Below, one piece after another: positions 24,741 to 33,577 of a DNA stretch of 44,656 nt. Source of the DNA: a virus. Lineage: Duplodnaviria; Heunggongvirae; Uroviricota; Caudoviricetes. The stretch lies in IMG/VR virus record IMGVR_UViG_3300045988_024106; one strand, written 5' to 3'. The translations under genes were made by a program, and so were the position numbers. Numbering within the stretch: position 1 is the stretch's first letter; the number at the start of each line of letters is the position of its first letter. A model generated the notes under the pieces. It did not search any database, had not been told where the DNA came from, and saw only the letters and a list, made by a program, of their open reading frames with translations.

Positions 24741-25234
24741 ATTGGCATGAAGTTTTTGACTACGACCCCGCTACAGGTAAATTATTTTGGAAAATAAGTC
24801 CGTCAAAATCTGTAAAAATAGGGCAAGAAGCTGGCAGTACGAGGGCGGACAACGACGGGAGTGAATTTAAAATACTACGTTTTAACGGGACTACTAAACT
24901 TATCCACCACGTAGTTTGGGAGATGTTTAACGGGCCGATAGCGCCTGGGGAAGTAATTCGTCATAAAAATAAAGATAGAACTGATAACAGAATAGAAAAT
25001 CTTATAAAAATGCGTCGGGGCAGTATCGCACACGGCACCAGCATACGGACGGACAATACTTCAGGGGTTAAAGGTGTTGGGTTTCATAAACGCTATGGTA
25101 AGTGGGTCGCAAGAATTTATGTAGACGGCAGGCCGATTTATTTAGGGGCTTACGATAAGTTAGAGAACGCGGCTAAGGCTCGCAGGCAAGCCGAGATTAA
25201 ATACGGGTTTACAGTTAACGGAGCTGAGAAATGA
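24737..25234 (+). CDS. HNH homing endonuclease with AP2-type DNA-binding domain
   Basis: 165 aa from ATG at 24737 (RBS GGAGA); HNH signature ...IRHKNKDRTDNRIENL... and AP2-like GVKGVGFHKRYGKWVARIYVDGRPIYLGAYDKLENAAKARRQAE. Confidence 0.7.
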   Translation: MNWHEVFDYDPATGKLFWKISPSKSVKIGQEAGSTRADNDGSEFKILRFNGTTKLIHHVVWEMFNGPIAPGEVIRHKNKDRTDNRIENLIKMRRGSIAHGTSIRTDNTSGVKGVGFHKRYGKWVARIYVDGRPIYLGAYDKLENAAKARRQAEIKYGFTVNGAEK

Positions 25235-26481
25235 TTCTAAAAGAACGCGGCGGCAATAATGACGTACACGCCTTACTGTCGCCGTCAGGTGCTAAAAAGT
25301 GGCTAAGCTGCGCCGCGTCACTGGCCTGTGAAAAAGATATTCCTAACACGTCAGGTAAAGCCGCGGTATTAGGCACAGCTATGCATACAATAGCCGAGGT
25401 CCATTTAAATCAGTACATCAAAGGCACTGCGCTGCCGTTAGAACGTGAAGTTGGCGCTTACGTGCTGGATGGGGGTAAAGGTCAGATTAAGGCGCTAATC
25501 AGCCCGATTAAAGGCGCGGTACTGATTACGGCGGATATGATTGAGCAGGTGCGTAAGTACACCGACTACTGCAAACCGATTATCGATGTAGCGACTTACG
25601 CCAAGCTCGAGATGCGCGTCAATCTTACTGAGGTATTGCATCCTGGCTACGAAGGTGTCGAGACGTTCGGAACTGCTGACCTTGTTGCCGTACAGGAACT
25701 GGCAAACACTGACGAGCACATGTTAATTATCGGCGACCTGAAAACTGGGCGGCATCGTATCGAAGCGAAAGAAAACAAGCAGCTTATGCTCTATGCTCTC
25801 GGTGTTTATCGCCGACTCAAGAGACGTTATAACATCGCAGTTGTTCGTCTGGTCATCTTCCAGCCGTACGCTGGCGGGGCGTCGGAGTGGGACATCTCGG
25901 TTGAAGGTCTGGAACTGTTCGCTAAGTTCGCACAGAAACGTGCACTGTTGGCTCTTGATGCCTATTTCCGCGGTAAGAAGAACCTGAAAGCGTCGGACTT
26001 CAAGCCGTCTGTCGATGGTTGTCAGTGGTGCCGGTTCTCTGAACAGTGTGCTGCGCGTACAAAAACCGTTAACGCGGTACTGGTGGAAGAGCTGGAGGAC
26101 GACTTTGCACTGGAACTGACGCCGGAGCAACTCGTAACTGAGTATGAGAAGCTGCCGTTGTTGCGCCAGCACATAGACAAGGTTGAGAAAGCGATGGCCG
26201 CCGCATTGCATTCAGGTAAGAAAGTGCCAGGGTACAAGCTGGTTGAAGGCCGTCCTGGTAATCGTGCGTGGAAAGACTCCGATGCGATTGAAGTGTCACA
26301 CGGCGACATTCTCAAAAAAGAGGTATTGATGTCGCCTACGGAGGCAGCAAAAGTTCTTTCGGCGGACGAGATGGCAGCGCTTGAGCCGTTTATCACGCGT
26401 AAGCCGGGCGCACCATGTGTCGCATCGGCAGACGACAAGCGTCCTGAGTGGAATCAGGTAACAGAGGAGGATTTAGAATGA
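25231..26481 (+). CDS. DUF2800-family PD-(D/E)XK exonuclease (Cas4/RecB-like, Fe-S cluster)
   Basis: 416 aa; N-terminal ALLSPSGAKKWLSCAAS and C-terminal Cys cluster DGCQWCRFSEQCAAR; lies upstream of DUF2815 and PolA. Confidence 0.65.
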   Translation: MILKERGGNNDVHALLSPSGAKKWLSCAASLACEKDIPNTSGKAAVLGTAMHTIAEVHLNQYIKGTALPLEREVGAYVLDGGKGQIKALISPIKGAVLITADMIEQVRKYTDYCKPIIDVATYAKLEMRVNLTEVLHPGYEGVETFGTADLVAVQELANTDEHMLIIGDLKTGRHRIEAKENKQLMLYALGVYRRLKRRYNIAVVRLVIFQPYAGGASEWDISVEGLELFAKFAQKRALLALDAYFRGKKNLKASDFKPSVDGCQWCRFSEQCAARTKTVNAVLVEELEDDFALELTPEQLVTEYEKLPLLRQHIDKVEKAMAAALHSGKKVPGYKLVEGRPGNRAWKDSDAIEVSHGDILKKEVLMSPTEAAKVLSADEMAALEPFITRKPGAPCVASADDKRPEWNQVTEEDLE

Positions 26482-26714
26482 TTCGTAAAATGTTCAGAGT
26501 AATTGGCGGTTTTGTGGCGTTTTTAAGCTATCACTTTATGATGTTGCCGGTTTATTCTTTGCTTTTTCCATTAATGGCTTATATTGCGGTTAAGTATAAA
26601 ACTGTAGACCTGGAAGACTTAATGGAAGTTAATGAGATAAAGTTTGTTCAGAATTTGGAGTGGCCTTTCGAATACGTACTGATAGTTGAGAAAATAACTG
26701 GCTGGAAGGGTTGA
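26478..26714 (+). CDS. Small membrane protein
   Basis: 78 aa from ATG at 26478 (RBS AGGAGG); hydrophobic segments FVAFLSYHFMMLPVYSLLFPLMAYIAV. Confidence 0.4.
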   Translation: MIRKMFRVIGGFVAFLSYHFMMLPVYSLLFPLMAYIAVKYKTVDLEDLMEVNEIKFVQNLEWPFEYVLIVEKITGWKG

Positions 26715-26739
26715 CACCTGAATAGTTAGCTATTATAGT
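26710..26739 (+). promoter_or_regulatory. Promoter with operator palindrome (TTGACA + tgaatagttagctattatagtt)
   Basis: TTGACA at 26710-26715; the 22-nt block 26718-26739 is identical to 23656-23677; followed by a short hairpin (26751-26766) and the DUF2815 gene. Confidence 0.55.
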
Positions 26740-26793
26740 TCTAATCACTGGCCGGGCAGCTTCCCGGAGTAAACTTAAAAGCGAGAAATCACG

Positions 26794-27420
26794 ATGGGAC
26801 TGAAATTAAATCTGCGTAAAGTAAACACTGCATGGGTTAACGTATTCGAACGCGAAAAAGACCGTGAAAACGATGATGGCTCAATCACTAAAGGCCAGTA
26901 CAGCGCGACTATCATCCTGCCGTCCGACCATGCTCAAATCGACGCGCTATACGACACTGTTTACGCTGTAGTTGAAGAAGCGTTAGGTGCAGCCGCCGCT
27001 GAGAAATGGATGAAGTCCAACTACGGCGAAGGCAAGCACATGGATAAATGCGCGATTAAAGACATTGCCGAGCGCGACAATCCGTTTGAAGACTTCCCAG
27101 AAGGCTTCTACTTCAAAGCGAAGGCACAGAAACAGCCGCTGATTGTAACCTCTAAAAAAGGTGAGACTCAGGTAGAGCAGGACTTCAACGTAGACGGCGA
27201 ACAGATTGAAGGCGAACAGGTTTACAGCGGCTGCGTCGCTAACGTAAGCGTTGAAATCTGGTTCAGCCAGAAATATAAAGTCCTCGGCGTTAACCTGCTG
27301 GCGATTAAATACGTTGGTGAAGGTAAAGCGTTCGGTGGTTCTAAAGTAGTCGCAAGCGTCAATGACCTGGAAGACGACGAAGAAGATGGAGCACCACGCC
27401 GTGAACGCCGCCGTCGCTAA
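26794..27420 (+). CDS. DUF2815-family protein (putative ssDNA-binding replication factor)
   Basis: 208 aa; conserved position between the DUF2800 exonuclease and PolA; basic C-terminus APRRERRRR. Confidence 0.55.
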   Translation: MGLKLNLRKVNTAWVNVFEREKDRENDDGSITKGQYSATIILPSDHAQIDALYDTVYAVVEEALGAAAAEKWMKSNYGEGKHMDKCAIKDIAERDNPFEDFPEGFYFKAKAQKQPLIVTSKKGETQVEQDFNVDGEQIEGEQVYSGCVANVSVEIWFSQKYKVLGVNLLAIKYVGEGKAFGGSKVVASVNDLEDDEEDGAPRRERRRR

Positions 27421-27439
27421 TATCTGAATCAATTTAACT

Positions 27440-27462
27440 AAGGCCCTTCATTGGGCCTTTTT
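27440..27462 (+). terminator. Rho-independent terminator/attenuator before the DNA polymerase gene
   Basis: aaggccc-ttcatt-gggcctt hairpin followed by TTTTT. Confidence 0.6.
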
Positions 27463-27479
27463 ACTAAGGGTCGAAAATA

Positions 27480-29681
27480 ATGAGTTACCTGTTCTTAGAC
27501 TTTGAAACATTCTCCGAAGCCGATTTAAAGAAAGTCGGCTCCTACGCTTACGCCGAACACCCAACTACTGAAGTGCTTATCTGCACGTATGCTTTTGACG
27601 ACGAGCCTGTTCGGGTATGGGATTGCACCGACGGCAGCGACATGCCTGGCGATTTGCACCGCGCGTTACGCCGTCTGGTTAAACCGAACAGCCGCATCAA
27701 GATGGTGTGGCACAACGGCTCAATGTTCGACCGCCTCATCATGAAACACTGCTGGGGTTTTGATATTCCGGTAAGCAACACCATTGATACGATGATTTGG
27801 GCGTTCCGCCACGCGCTGCCGGGTTCACTTGATGCATTGTGCGAAGTGCTGGGTGTATCCGCGGACAATGCAAAAGATAAACGCGGCAAGGCGCTGATTC
27901 AGCGTTTTTCTAAACCGACGCCGAAGAACTACAAAATCCGTCGCTACACCGCCGAAACACACCCGGGCGAGTGGGCGCTGTTCATCAAGTACGCCGTGAG
28001 CGACATCACTGCGATGCGTGAAGTCTCCCATAAGCTGCCGAGGTGGGGTAACTCCGAGTTTGAGGACCGTGTACTGGAACTGGACCAGTTAATTAACGAC
28101 CGCGGGTTTAAGGTTGACGTCGCACTGGCGGAAGCCGCGATTGAGGCCGTGGAGAAACACAAGGCACAGTTACAGGAAGAAGCCCAACGCAAATACGGCG
28201 GCTCGCTTACTGGTAAAGACTTCCTGCCAATTCTACGCGAACTGGCTCCTGCGCACCGTATTCATAACGCACAGAAGTCTACGCTTAACGACCTGCTGGC
28301 GGACGATGATTTACCTGACGACGCCCGCGCGATTATAGAAATGCGCCTCGGGGCCGCATCCACCGCATCAACGAAATATAACCCGCTGTTGTTAGGCCGC
28401 TCTTCGGACGACCGCCGTCGAGGGTGTTTACAGTATGGCGGGGCAAAACGTACTCTGCGATGGGCGGGTAAAGGCTTCCAGCCGCAGAACCTGGCGCGCG
28501 GGTACTATCACGATGATGAACTGGATAAAGGCATTTCAGCGTTACTTAAGGGCCGCGCGCACCGCCGTTTTGATGTCGCTAAATTAACGGCATCGACGGT
28601 GCGTAGCTGCATCATACCGGAAGCAGGACATAAGTTTGTTGTTGCCGATTATTCTAACGTCGAAGGTCGCGGTTTAGCGTGGCTGGCCGGTGAAGAAACC
28701 GCGCTCGATACGTTCCGCGCTGGCCTTGATATTTACTGCGTAACCGCGGGTAAGATGTTCGGCATGGACCCAGATGATATTAAGAAAAACTTCAAGGAAA
28801 TCAGACAGATAGGCAAGGCTTGCGAACTGGGCCTCGGCTATGAGGGGGGTGTCGGAGCGTTCGTTACGTTCGCTAAAAACTTAGGTCTTGACCTTATTGA
28901 GATGGCAAAAACAATGGACGGGACTTTCCCCGACCACATCTGGGCTGCTACCGCACGAGGGTATGAGTGGGCGCGTATTCAGGAAGCCAAGCGACCGCCA
29001 CATCCCGGTGAAAAGGATGACCGACCATCGTATATTCTTGATAAGAAAGTGTGGCGCACATGTGACGCTATCAAGCGTATGTGGCGTGAGTCTCACCCTG
29101 AAACAGTAGCGTTCTGGCGAGACCTTAAAGATGGAATTTTAGCCGCTGTTCGCAATCCTGGTCGTGAATTTTGGGCAGGAGCACACTTGCGCAAGAATGG
29201 TGAAAGGGCTATCCGCATATGGCGTACTGTTGAATTTGATTCGTCCGGTAGGAAGGTTCCTGGTTGGTGGTTGTGTATGGAGTTGCCGTCGGGTCGTATC
29301 CTCTCGTATCCGGGGATCGGCGTTAGCGTGACAAAGGAAACAGACGAAGACGGACGGGTAAACACGAATGTGCGAATCAAGTACCAAGGCGAAAACCAGT
29401 TAACCCGCCAATGGACTACCCTGTACACACACGGTGGCAAAGCCTGCGAAAACATTGTCCAGGCGCTGTGCCGTGATTTACTCGCGTATGCGATGATTAA
29501 TGTTGAGGGTGGCGGGTATCCAATCGTGCTTTCGGTACACGATGAACTGGTATGTGAAACTCCAGACACCCCCGAGTATACGGTGGCTGAACTGGAAAAA
29601 TTAATGTGTTCGCTGCCTGAGTGGGCCGAGGGGTTCCCTCTTGTAGCGGAAGGTCAGGAGTTAAAACGTTATGCTAAGTAA
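27480..29681 (+). CDS. Family A DNA polymerase (PolA-like with 3'-5' exonuclease domain)
   Basis: 733 aa; N-terminal exonuclease motif LFLDFETFS, large polymerase domain; downstream of DUF2800/DUF2815. Confidence 0.75.
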   Translation: MSYLFLDFETFSEADLKKVGSYAYAEHPTTEVLICTYAFDDEPVRVWDCTDGSDMPGDLHRALRRLVKPNSRIKMVWHNGSMFDRLIMKHCWGFDIPVSNTIDTMIWAFRHALPGSLDALCEVLGVSADNAKDKRGKALIQRFSKPTPKNYKIRRYTAETHPGEWALFIKYAVSDITAMREVSHKLPRWGNSEFEDRVLELDQLINDRGFKVDVALAEAAIEAVEKHKAQLQEEAQRKYGGSLTGKDFLPILRELAPAHRIHNAQKSTLNDLLADDDLPDDARAIIEMRLGAASTASTKYNPLLLGRSSDDRRRGCLQYGGAKRTLRWAGKGFQPQNLARGYYHDDELDKGISALLKGRAHRRFDVAKLTASTVRSCIIPEAGHKFVVADYSNVEGRGLAWLAGEETALDTFRAGLDIYCVTAGKMFGMDPDDIKKNFKEIRQIGKACELGLGYEGGVGAFVTFAKNLGLDLIEMAKTMDGTFPDHIWAATARGYEWARIQEAKRPPHPGEKDDRPSYILDKKVWRTCDAIKRMWRESHPETVAFWRDLKDGILAAVRNPGREFWAGAHLRKNGERAIRIWRTVEFDSSGRKVPGWWLCMELPSGRILSYPGIGVSVTKETDEDGRVNTNVRIKYQGENQLTRQWTTLYTHGGKACENIVQALCRDLLAYAMINVEGGGYPIVLSVHDELVCETPDTPEYTVAELEKLMCSLPEWAEGFPLVAEGQELKRYAK

Positions 29682-29802
29682 ACTGATTATCGCGGTACTG
29701 GCAGGATTTGCCGCCGGTGTCTACTGTCACGAGGGTCAATACGGCATGATTGTCGCCGTGTTAGGCATGTTCATCGCAATTTATCTGTGGGTGCTGGAAT
29801 GA
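29671..29802 (+). CDS. Small hydrophobic peptide (43 aa)
   Basis: Manual translation MLSKLIIAVLAGFAAGVYCHEGQYGMIVAVLGMFIAIYLWVLE; overlaps the PolA stop. Confidence 0.3.
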   Translation: MLSKLIIAVLAGFAAGVYCHEGQYGMIVAVLGMFIAIYLWVLE

Positions 29803-29888
29803 AAATCTACTGGTTCTACGAAGAAGACTGTCGAATCTGTCCGCGCTGCGGGGTTGAGCATACAAAACGAGAGGGGTGCGTATTATGA
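29799..29888 (+). CDS. Small CxxC zinc-ribbon-like peptide (29 aa)
   Basis: Manual translation MKIYWFYEEDCRICPRCGVEHTKREGCVL; ATGA overlaps at both ends. Confidence 0.3.
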   Translation: MKIYWFYEEDCRICPRCGVEHTKREGCVL

Positions 29889-30076
29889 AAGAAGAATGTT
29901 TTAGCAACACCAAAGCGTTAGTAGATATGCCGGAGTGGGAATTTATCATGGTAATGGGCGATGGGTTCTTTAGCGATGCTTGCACCGGGTGTACGCACAA
30001 AGGTGTTTACTATTCAGAACACGACATCTATCAAGCGTACTTCCTGCGAAACCCAGATGCGGAGCCGTTGTTATGA
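29885..30076 (+). CDS. Hypothetical protein
   Basis: 63 aa from ATG at 29885 (MKEECFSNTK...). Confidence 0.4.
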   Translation: MKEECFSNTKALVDMPEWEFIMVMGDGFFSDACTGCTHKGVYYSEHDIYQAYFLRNPDAEPLL

Positions 30077-30225
30077 CAATGTTTGTATTTTGGACGATAG
30101 TAACCATGCTCGCACTGTTACTCGGCGCTGGAATAGCTGCGATGTTCTGTTATGGCCTGTTCTTTAAGTTTGTCGGTGTTGCCGTTCTCGGTGGAGCTTT
30201 CCTTACTTGGATTCTGCGGTCGTGA
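30073..30225 (+). CDS. Small membrane protein (50 aa)
   Basis: MTMFVFWTIVTMLALLLGAGIAAMFCYGLFFKFVGVAVLGGAFLTWILRS; two hydrophobic helices. Confidence 0.35.
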   Translation: MTMFVFWTIVTMLALLLGAGIAAMFCYGLFFKFVGVAVLGGAFLTWILRS

Positions 30226-30506
30226 CTAAAGAGGGCCGCGTACAGAAATACGCAAAAGAGAGGTTCGAGGCCCTGGGCGGCCTCGTTCGTAAACTTTCCT
30301 ATGAGGGGCGCTCCGGCGCTCCCGACCTGCTGGTAATTCTCCCCGGGGGCATCGTCTGGTTCGTCGAGGTTAAGAAAGATGAAAACACGAAGCCGGACCC
30401 CCACCAGTTACGCGAGCACGAGCGGATGCGTAAACGCGGTGCGAATGTTTTTGTCGTCGGTTCGTACAAACAGGTTGACGACCTAATAGCGAACTATTAT
30501 AGTTAG
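30207..30506 (+). CDS. VRR-NUC domain nuclease
   Basis: 99 aa; GAPDLLVILPGGIVWFVEVKK carries the PD-(D/E)XK-like D...E.K core typical of VRR-NUC; start uncertain (TTG at 30207 or GTG at 30222). Confidence 0.6.
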   Translation: MDSAVVTKEGRVQKYAKERFEALGGLVRKLSYEGRSGAPDLLVILPGGIVWFVEVKKDENTKPDPHQLREHERMRKRGANVFVVGSYKQVDDLIANYYS

Positions 30507-30536
30507 TCCCACACCAACAATATAAGGAATTGAGAA

Positions 30537-30728
30537 ATGAAACACGAATATGACCGCAAACCAGCACGCGGCATCGTACCAGGCGACATGATTTTCAACG
30601 TTAAGACCCGCCAGCCTGTTGCCGTTGATACGGTGTTCGTCGAGTCGAATGGTAAACTGGTTATCGAAGATGCGACCGGTAACGTTACGGCGTTCGGGCG
30701 TAAAGAGCTGGTGCTGGTGGCGAAATGA
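30537..30728 (+). CDS. Hypothetical protein
   Basis: 63-aa ORF with RBS AAGGA. Confidence 0.4.
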   Translation: MKHEYDRKPARGIVPGDMIFNVKTRQPVAVDTVFVESNGKLVIEDATGNVTAFGRKELVLVAK

Positions 30729-31648
30729 ACTATTACAATGAGTGGGATAAAGGCGCAGCCGCGTGGCTGCGTGAATTAATAAAACAGGGTCACATACCTT
30801 TTGGAGTTGTAGATGAAAGAAGCATTACAGAAGTTAAGCCAGAAGACCTCGACGGGTTCACCCAGTGTCATTTTTTCGCTGGTATTGGCGGCTGGCCTCT
30901 CGCGCTCAGACTTGCGGGAGTTTCGGAAAATACGCCTCTCTGGACGGGAAGCCCGCCTTGCCAACCGTTTAGCGCGGCAGGAAAGCAACTCGGACATTTC
31001 GACCCGAGACACCTCGCGCCGGTATTCCTTGACCTCATCAGCGAGTGCCGCCCTCCAGTCCTCTTTGGGGAACAGGTTGCACCAGCAATTGCAAAATCGT
31101 GGATGTGCGATTTACAAACTCACCTGGAAGGAGAAGACTACGCCGTCGGGTTTGCCGTACTCCCAGCTTGTGGCGTCGGCGCACCGCATAAAAGAGAGCG
31201 ACTCTTCTTTGGTGCGTACCAACTGGCCGACACCGACAGCGAACGATTACAAAGGGAGCGGAGAGACAGTGATTCGCAAGGACGGGAAGGACAGAACATT
31301 CGACAGGCTGGACTACTCAACGGAGCAGGGACTGAAAGCGGCATGGGGGACGCCGACGGTTCAGAATTCGCGTCACGGCAGCTACAGCGAGGCGGAAACA
31401 AAAAGAGACCCGAACAATCTGCACAATCAATGCTACCTCGTGGTGGCAATCCGAATCGCAGCTTCTGGTCGGATGCTGACTGGCTCGGATGCCGTGACGG
31501 AAAATTTAGGCCAGTTGAACCCGGCACATTCCCGCTGGCTAATGGGATACCCGCCAGAGTGGGACGATTGCGCGGTTACGGCAATGCTATCGTCCCGCAA
31601 GTAGCTGCAGAATTTATAAAGGCGTTTATGGGGGCCATAAATGAGTAA
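30725..31648 (+). CDS. DNA (cytosine-5)-methyltransferase with two compensating frameshifts (+1 near 31219-31220, -1 near 31572-31576)
   Basis: Frame A holds motifs I (FFAGIGG), IV (PPCQPFSAAGK), VI-like (GEQV), VIII (APHKRERLFF) and X (GYGNAIVPQV); the middle segment with NWPTPTANDYKG and LNPAHSRWLMGYPPEW is in the frame of ORF 30813..31604. Confidence 0.6.
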   Translation: MNYYNEWDKGAAAWLRELIKQGHIPFGVVDERSITEVKPEDLDGFTQCHFFAGIGGWPLALRLAGVSENTPLWTGSPPCQPFSAAGKQLGHFDPRHLAPVFLDLISECRPPVLFGEQVAPAIAKSWMCDLQTHLEGEDYAVGFAVLPACGVGAPHKRERLFFGAYQLADTDSERLQRERRDSDSQGREGQNIRQAGLLNGAGTESGMGDADGSEFASRQLQRGGNKKRPEQSAQSMLPRGGNPNRSFWSDADWLGCRDGKFRPVEPGTFPLANGIPARVGRLRGYGNAIVPQVAAEFIKAFMGAINE

Positions 31649-33065
31649 GTTTCAAAGGCGCGAGTACCAGAAGCTCATGACCTCGTTCATGTTGCAACAC
31701 CATCGCTGCAACATATGGGCAAGCATGGGCGCTGGGAAGACTGGCAGCGTACTGTGGGCATTAAACCGACTGTTCCGCAACGGCCAACTTAATGATGACG
31801 ACCGCGTGTTAATACTCGCCCCGCTGCGCGTTGCGTCCGGCACATGGCCCGCAGAACAAGAGAAATGGCGATTCCCGTGTCTGAGTGTCGTAGATGCGAC
31901 CGGTTCAGAGAAGCGCCGTATCGCGGCGCTGGAGTCGGACGCTAACGTGGTATGCACAAACTACGAAGTTATCGAGTGGCTGATTGACTACTACGGCAAA
32001 GATGACTGGCCTTTTACCGTTATCGTTGCCGATGAAAGCACGAAGCTTAAATCATTCCGCAGCCGTTCAGGTGGTAGTAAGAGGGCGAAGGCGCTCAGTA
32101 AGGTGGCATTTGGAAAGGTTAAGCGTTTTATTAACCTGACGGGAACGCCGTCACCGAACGGCCTCAAAGACTTGTGGGGGCAGAACTGGTTTATCGACGC
32201 GGGCGAGCGCCTGGGTTCTTCCTACACGGCATTCACTGACCGCTGGTTTAACTCGGTACAGAAAGGTAAGTCGGCGATGGCGCGTGAATACCATGCACGA
32301 CCAGGTGCTGATAATGAAATCCACCAGAAGATGAAGGACATTAGCCTCACGATTGACGCCGCCGAGTGGTTCGGTTGTGAAGCTCCGATTATCGTACCGG
32401 TTGAAATCGACCTGCCGAAGAAAGCACGTCAGGCGTACATAGATATGGAGGAGAAGTTATTCGCGGAACTGGAGAGTGGGGAAGTTGAAGCGGCTAACGC
32501 AGCAGCGAAGACGTCTAAGTGTTTGCAGATTGCTTCCGGTGCCGTGTATGTGACTGGCGACGACGGAGAAGCAACGAAAGACTGGGAGAAAGTGCACGAT
32601 ACGAAACTGGATGCGCTCGAGTCCATTGTGGGGGAACTACAGGGTGCGCCGTTGCTGGTAGCATATCAGTTTAAGCACGAACTGGAGCGCATCCTTAAGC
32701 GATTCCCCCAAGCACAGGCGTTTGCAAAAGGTGCTAAGGGTAATAAGCAGATGGAAGCATGGAACCGTGGTGAAATCGAAATCTTATGCGTGCACCCCGC
32801 GTCAGCTGGGCATGGTTTGAATTTACAGGACGGCGGACATCATCTGGCGTTCATCTCACAAGGCTGGAACCTTGAGCACTATTTGCAGGTCGTTGAGCGT
32901 ATAGGCCCGGTCCGCCAGAAACAGGCAGGCCACGAGCGCCCGGTGTTCCTTTACCACATCGTTGCTAAGGACACGCTGGACGAGGTTGTTGCCGCGCGTA
33001 CGGACGAGAAAAAATCTGTACAGGAAGAGTTGCTTAATTACATGAAGAGACGAGGTAAGAAATGA
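31641..33065 (+). CDS. SNF2-family (DEAD/DEAH-like) helicase
   Basis: 474 aa; Walker A GAGKTG, DExx box VIVADEST, C-terminal helicase domain. Confidence 0.7.
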   Translation: MSKFQRREYQKLMTSFMLQHHRCNIWASMGAGKTGSVLWALNRLFRNGQLNDDDRVLILAPLRVASGTWPAEQEKWRFPCLSVVDATGSEKRRIAALESDANVVCTNYEVIEWLIDYYGKDDWPFTVIVADESTKLKSFRSRSGGSKRAKALSKVAFGKVKRFINLTGTPSPNGLKDLWGQNWFIDAGERLGSSYTAFTDRWFNSVQKGKSAMAREYHARPGADNEIHQKMKDISLTIDAAEWFGCEAPIIVPVEIDLPKKARQAYIDMEEKLFAELESGEVEAANAAAKTSKCLQIASGAVYVTGDDGEATKDWEKVHDTKLDALESIVGELQGAPLLVAYQFKHELERILKRFPQAQAFAKGAKGNKQMEAWNRGEIEILCVHPASAGHGLNLQDGGHHLAFISQGWNLEHYLQVVERIGPVRQKQAGHERPVFLYHIVAKDTLDEVVAARTDEKKSVQEELLNYMKRRGKK

Positions 33066-33577
33066 TGGATGGCGAGGAGTTGCTACTTAAGGCGCATCTG
33101 CTGTCGCGTGGTTTTGATGCGGACCGATTACGTGTAGTCTTAGGCTCTGGGGTAGCTACGTTTTACCTGTGGGGATTTGATGGTAGGCTTCGCGGATACC
33201 AGCACTACAAACCACATGCGGAAAAGAACTGTAAAAACCCTAAAGACGCGAGGTACTTTACCAGAACAACAAGGCCGTGTTTATGGGGGCTTGAGTATTT
33301 GCCGGAGAGCGGGGTGGTATTTGTTACTGAAAGCGTATTCAAAGCCGTAGCCTTGATGAATTGCGGGTTCAATGCCGTAAGCGCACTTGGGTCAAATATA
33401 CCAACCGACCTACGTCAGCAAATGTCACTTTTGCCGTATGACTGGGTGTGCGCGGGCGACAATGATAAAGCTGGCCTAAAGTTCAGCAAAACATTCACCA
33501 GAGGATTTGTGTCAAACGACCTTGATGAACTTTGTGAAGAAGAAATAACGTATCTTGCGAGGAAATTTACCAGATGA
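33062..33577 (+). CDS. Toprim-domain protein (DnaG-like primase catalytic core)
   Basis: 171 aa; Toprim-like VFVTESVFKAV (conserved Glu) and CAGDNDKAG (DxD). Confidence 0.5.
   Translation: MMDGEELLLKAHLLSRGFDADRLRVVLGSGVATFYLWGFDGRLRGYQHYKPHAEKNCKNPKDARYFTRTTRPCLWGLEYLPESGVVFVTESVFKAVALMNCGFNAVSALGSNIPTDLRQQMSLLPYDWVCAGDNDKAGLKFSKTFTRGFVSNDLDELCEEEITYLARKFTR

Noticed and set aside
25723-26438. Minus-strand ORFs of 162 and 138 aa inside the DUF2800 gene
   Set aside because: Antisense to a gene with recognisable N-terminal and Fe-S cluster motifs; low-complexity translations.
29093-29569. 158-aa minus-strand ORF inside the DNA polymerase gene
   Set aside because: Antisense to PolA; no signals; considered a chance ORF.
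30813-31604. ORF 30813..31604 as an independent overlapping gene
   Set aside because: Its N-terminal half is low-complexity out-of-frame text from the methyltransferase N-terminus; only its middle and C-terminal part (WPTP...WLMGYP) looks genuine, so it is interpreted as the frameshifted central segment of the methyltransferase.
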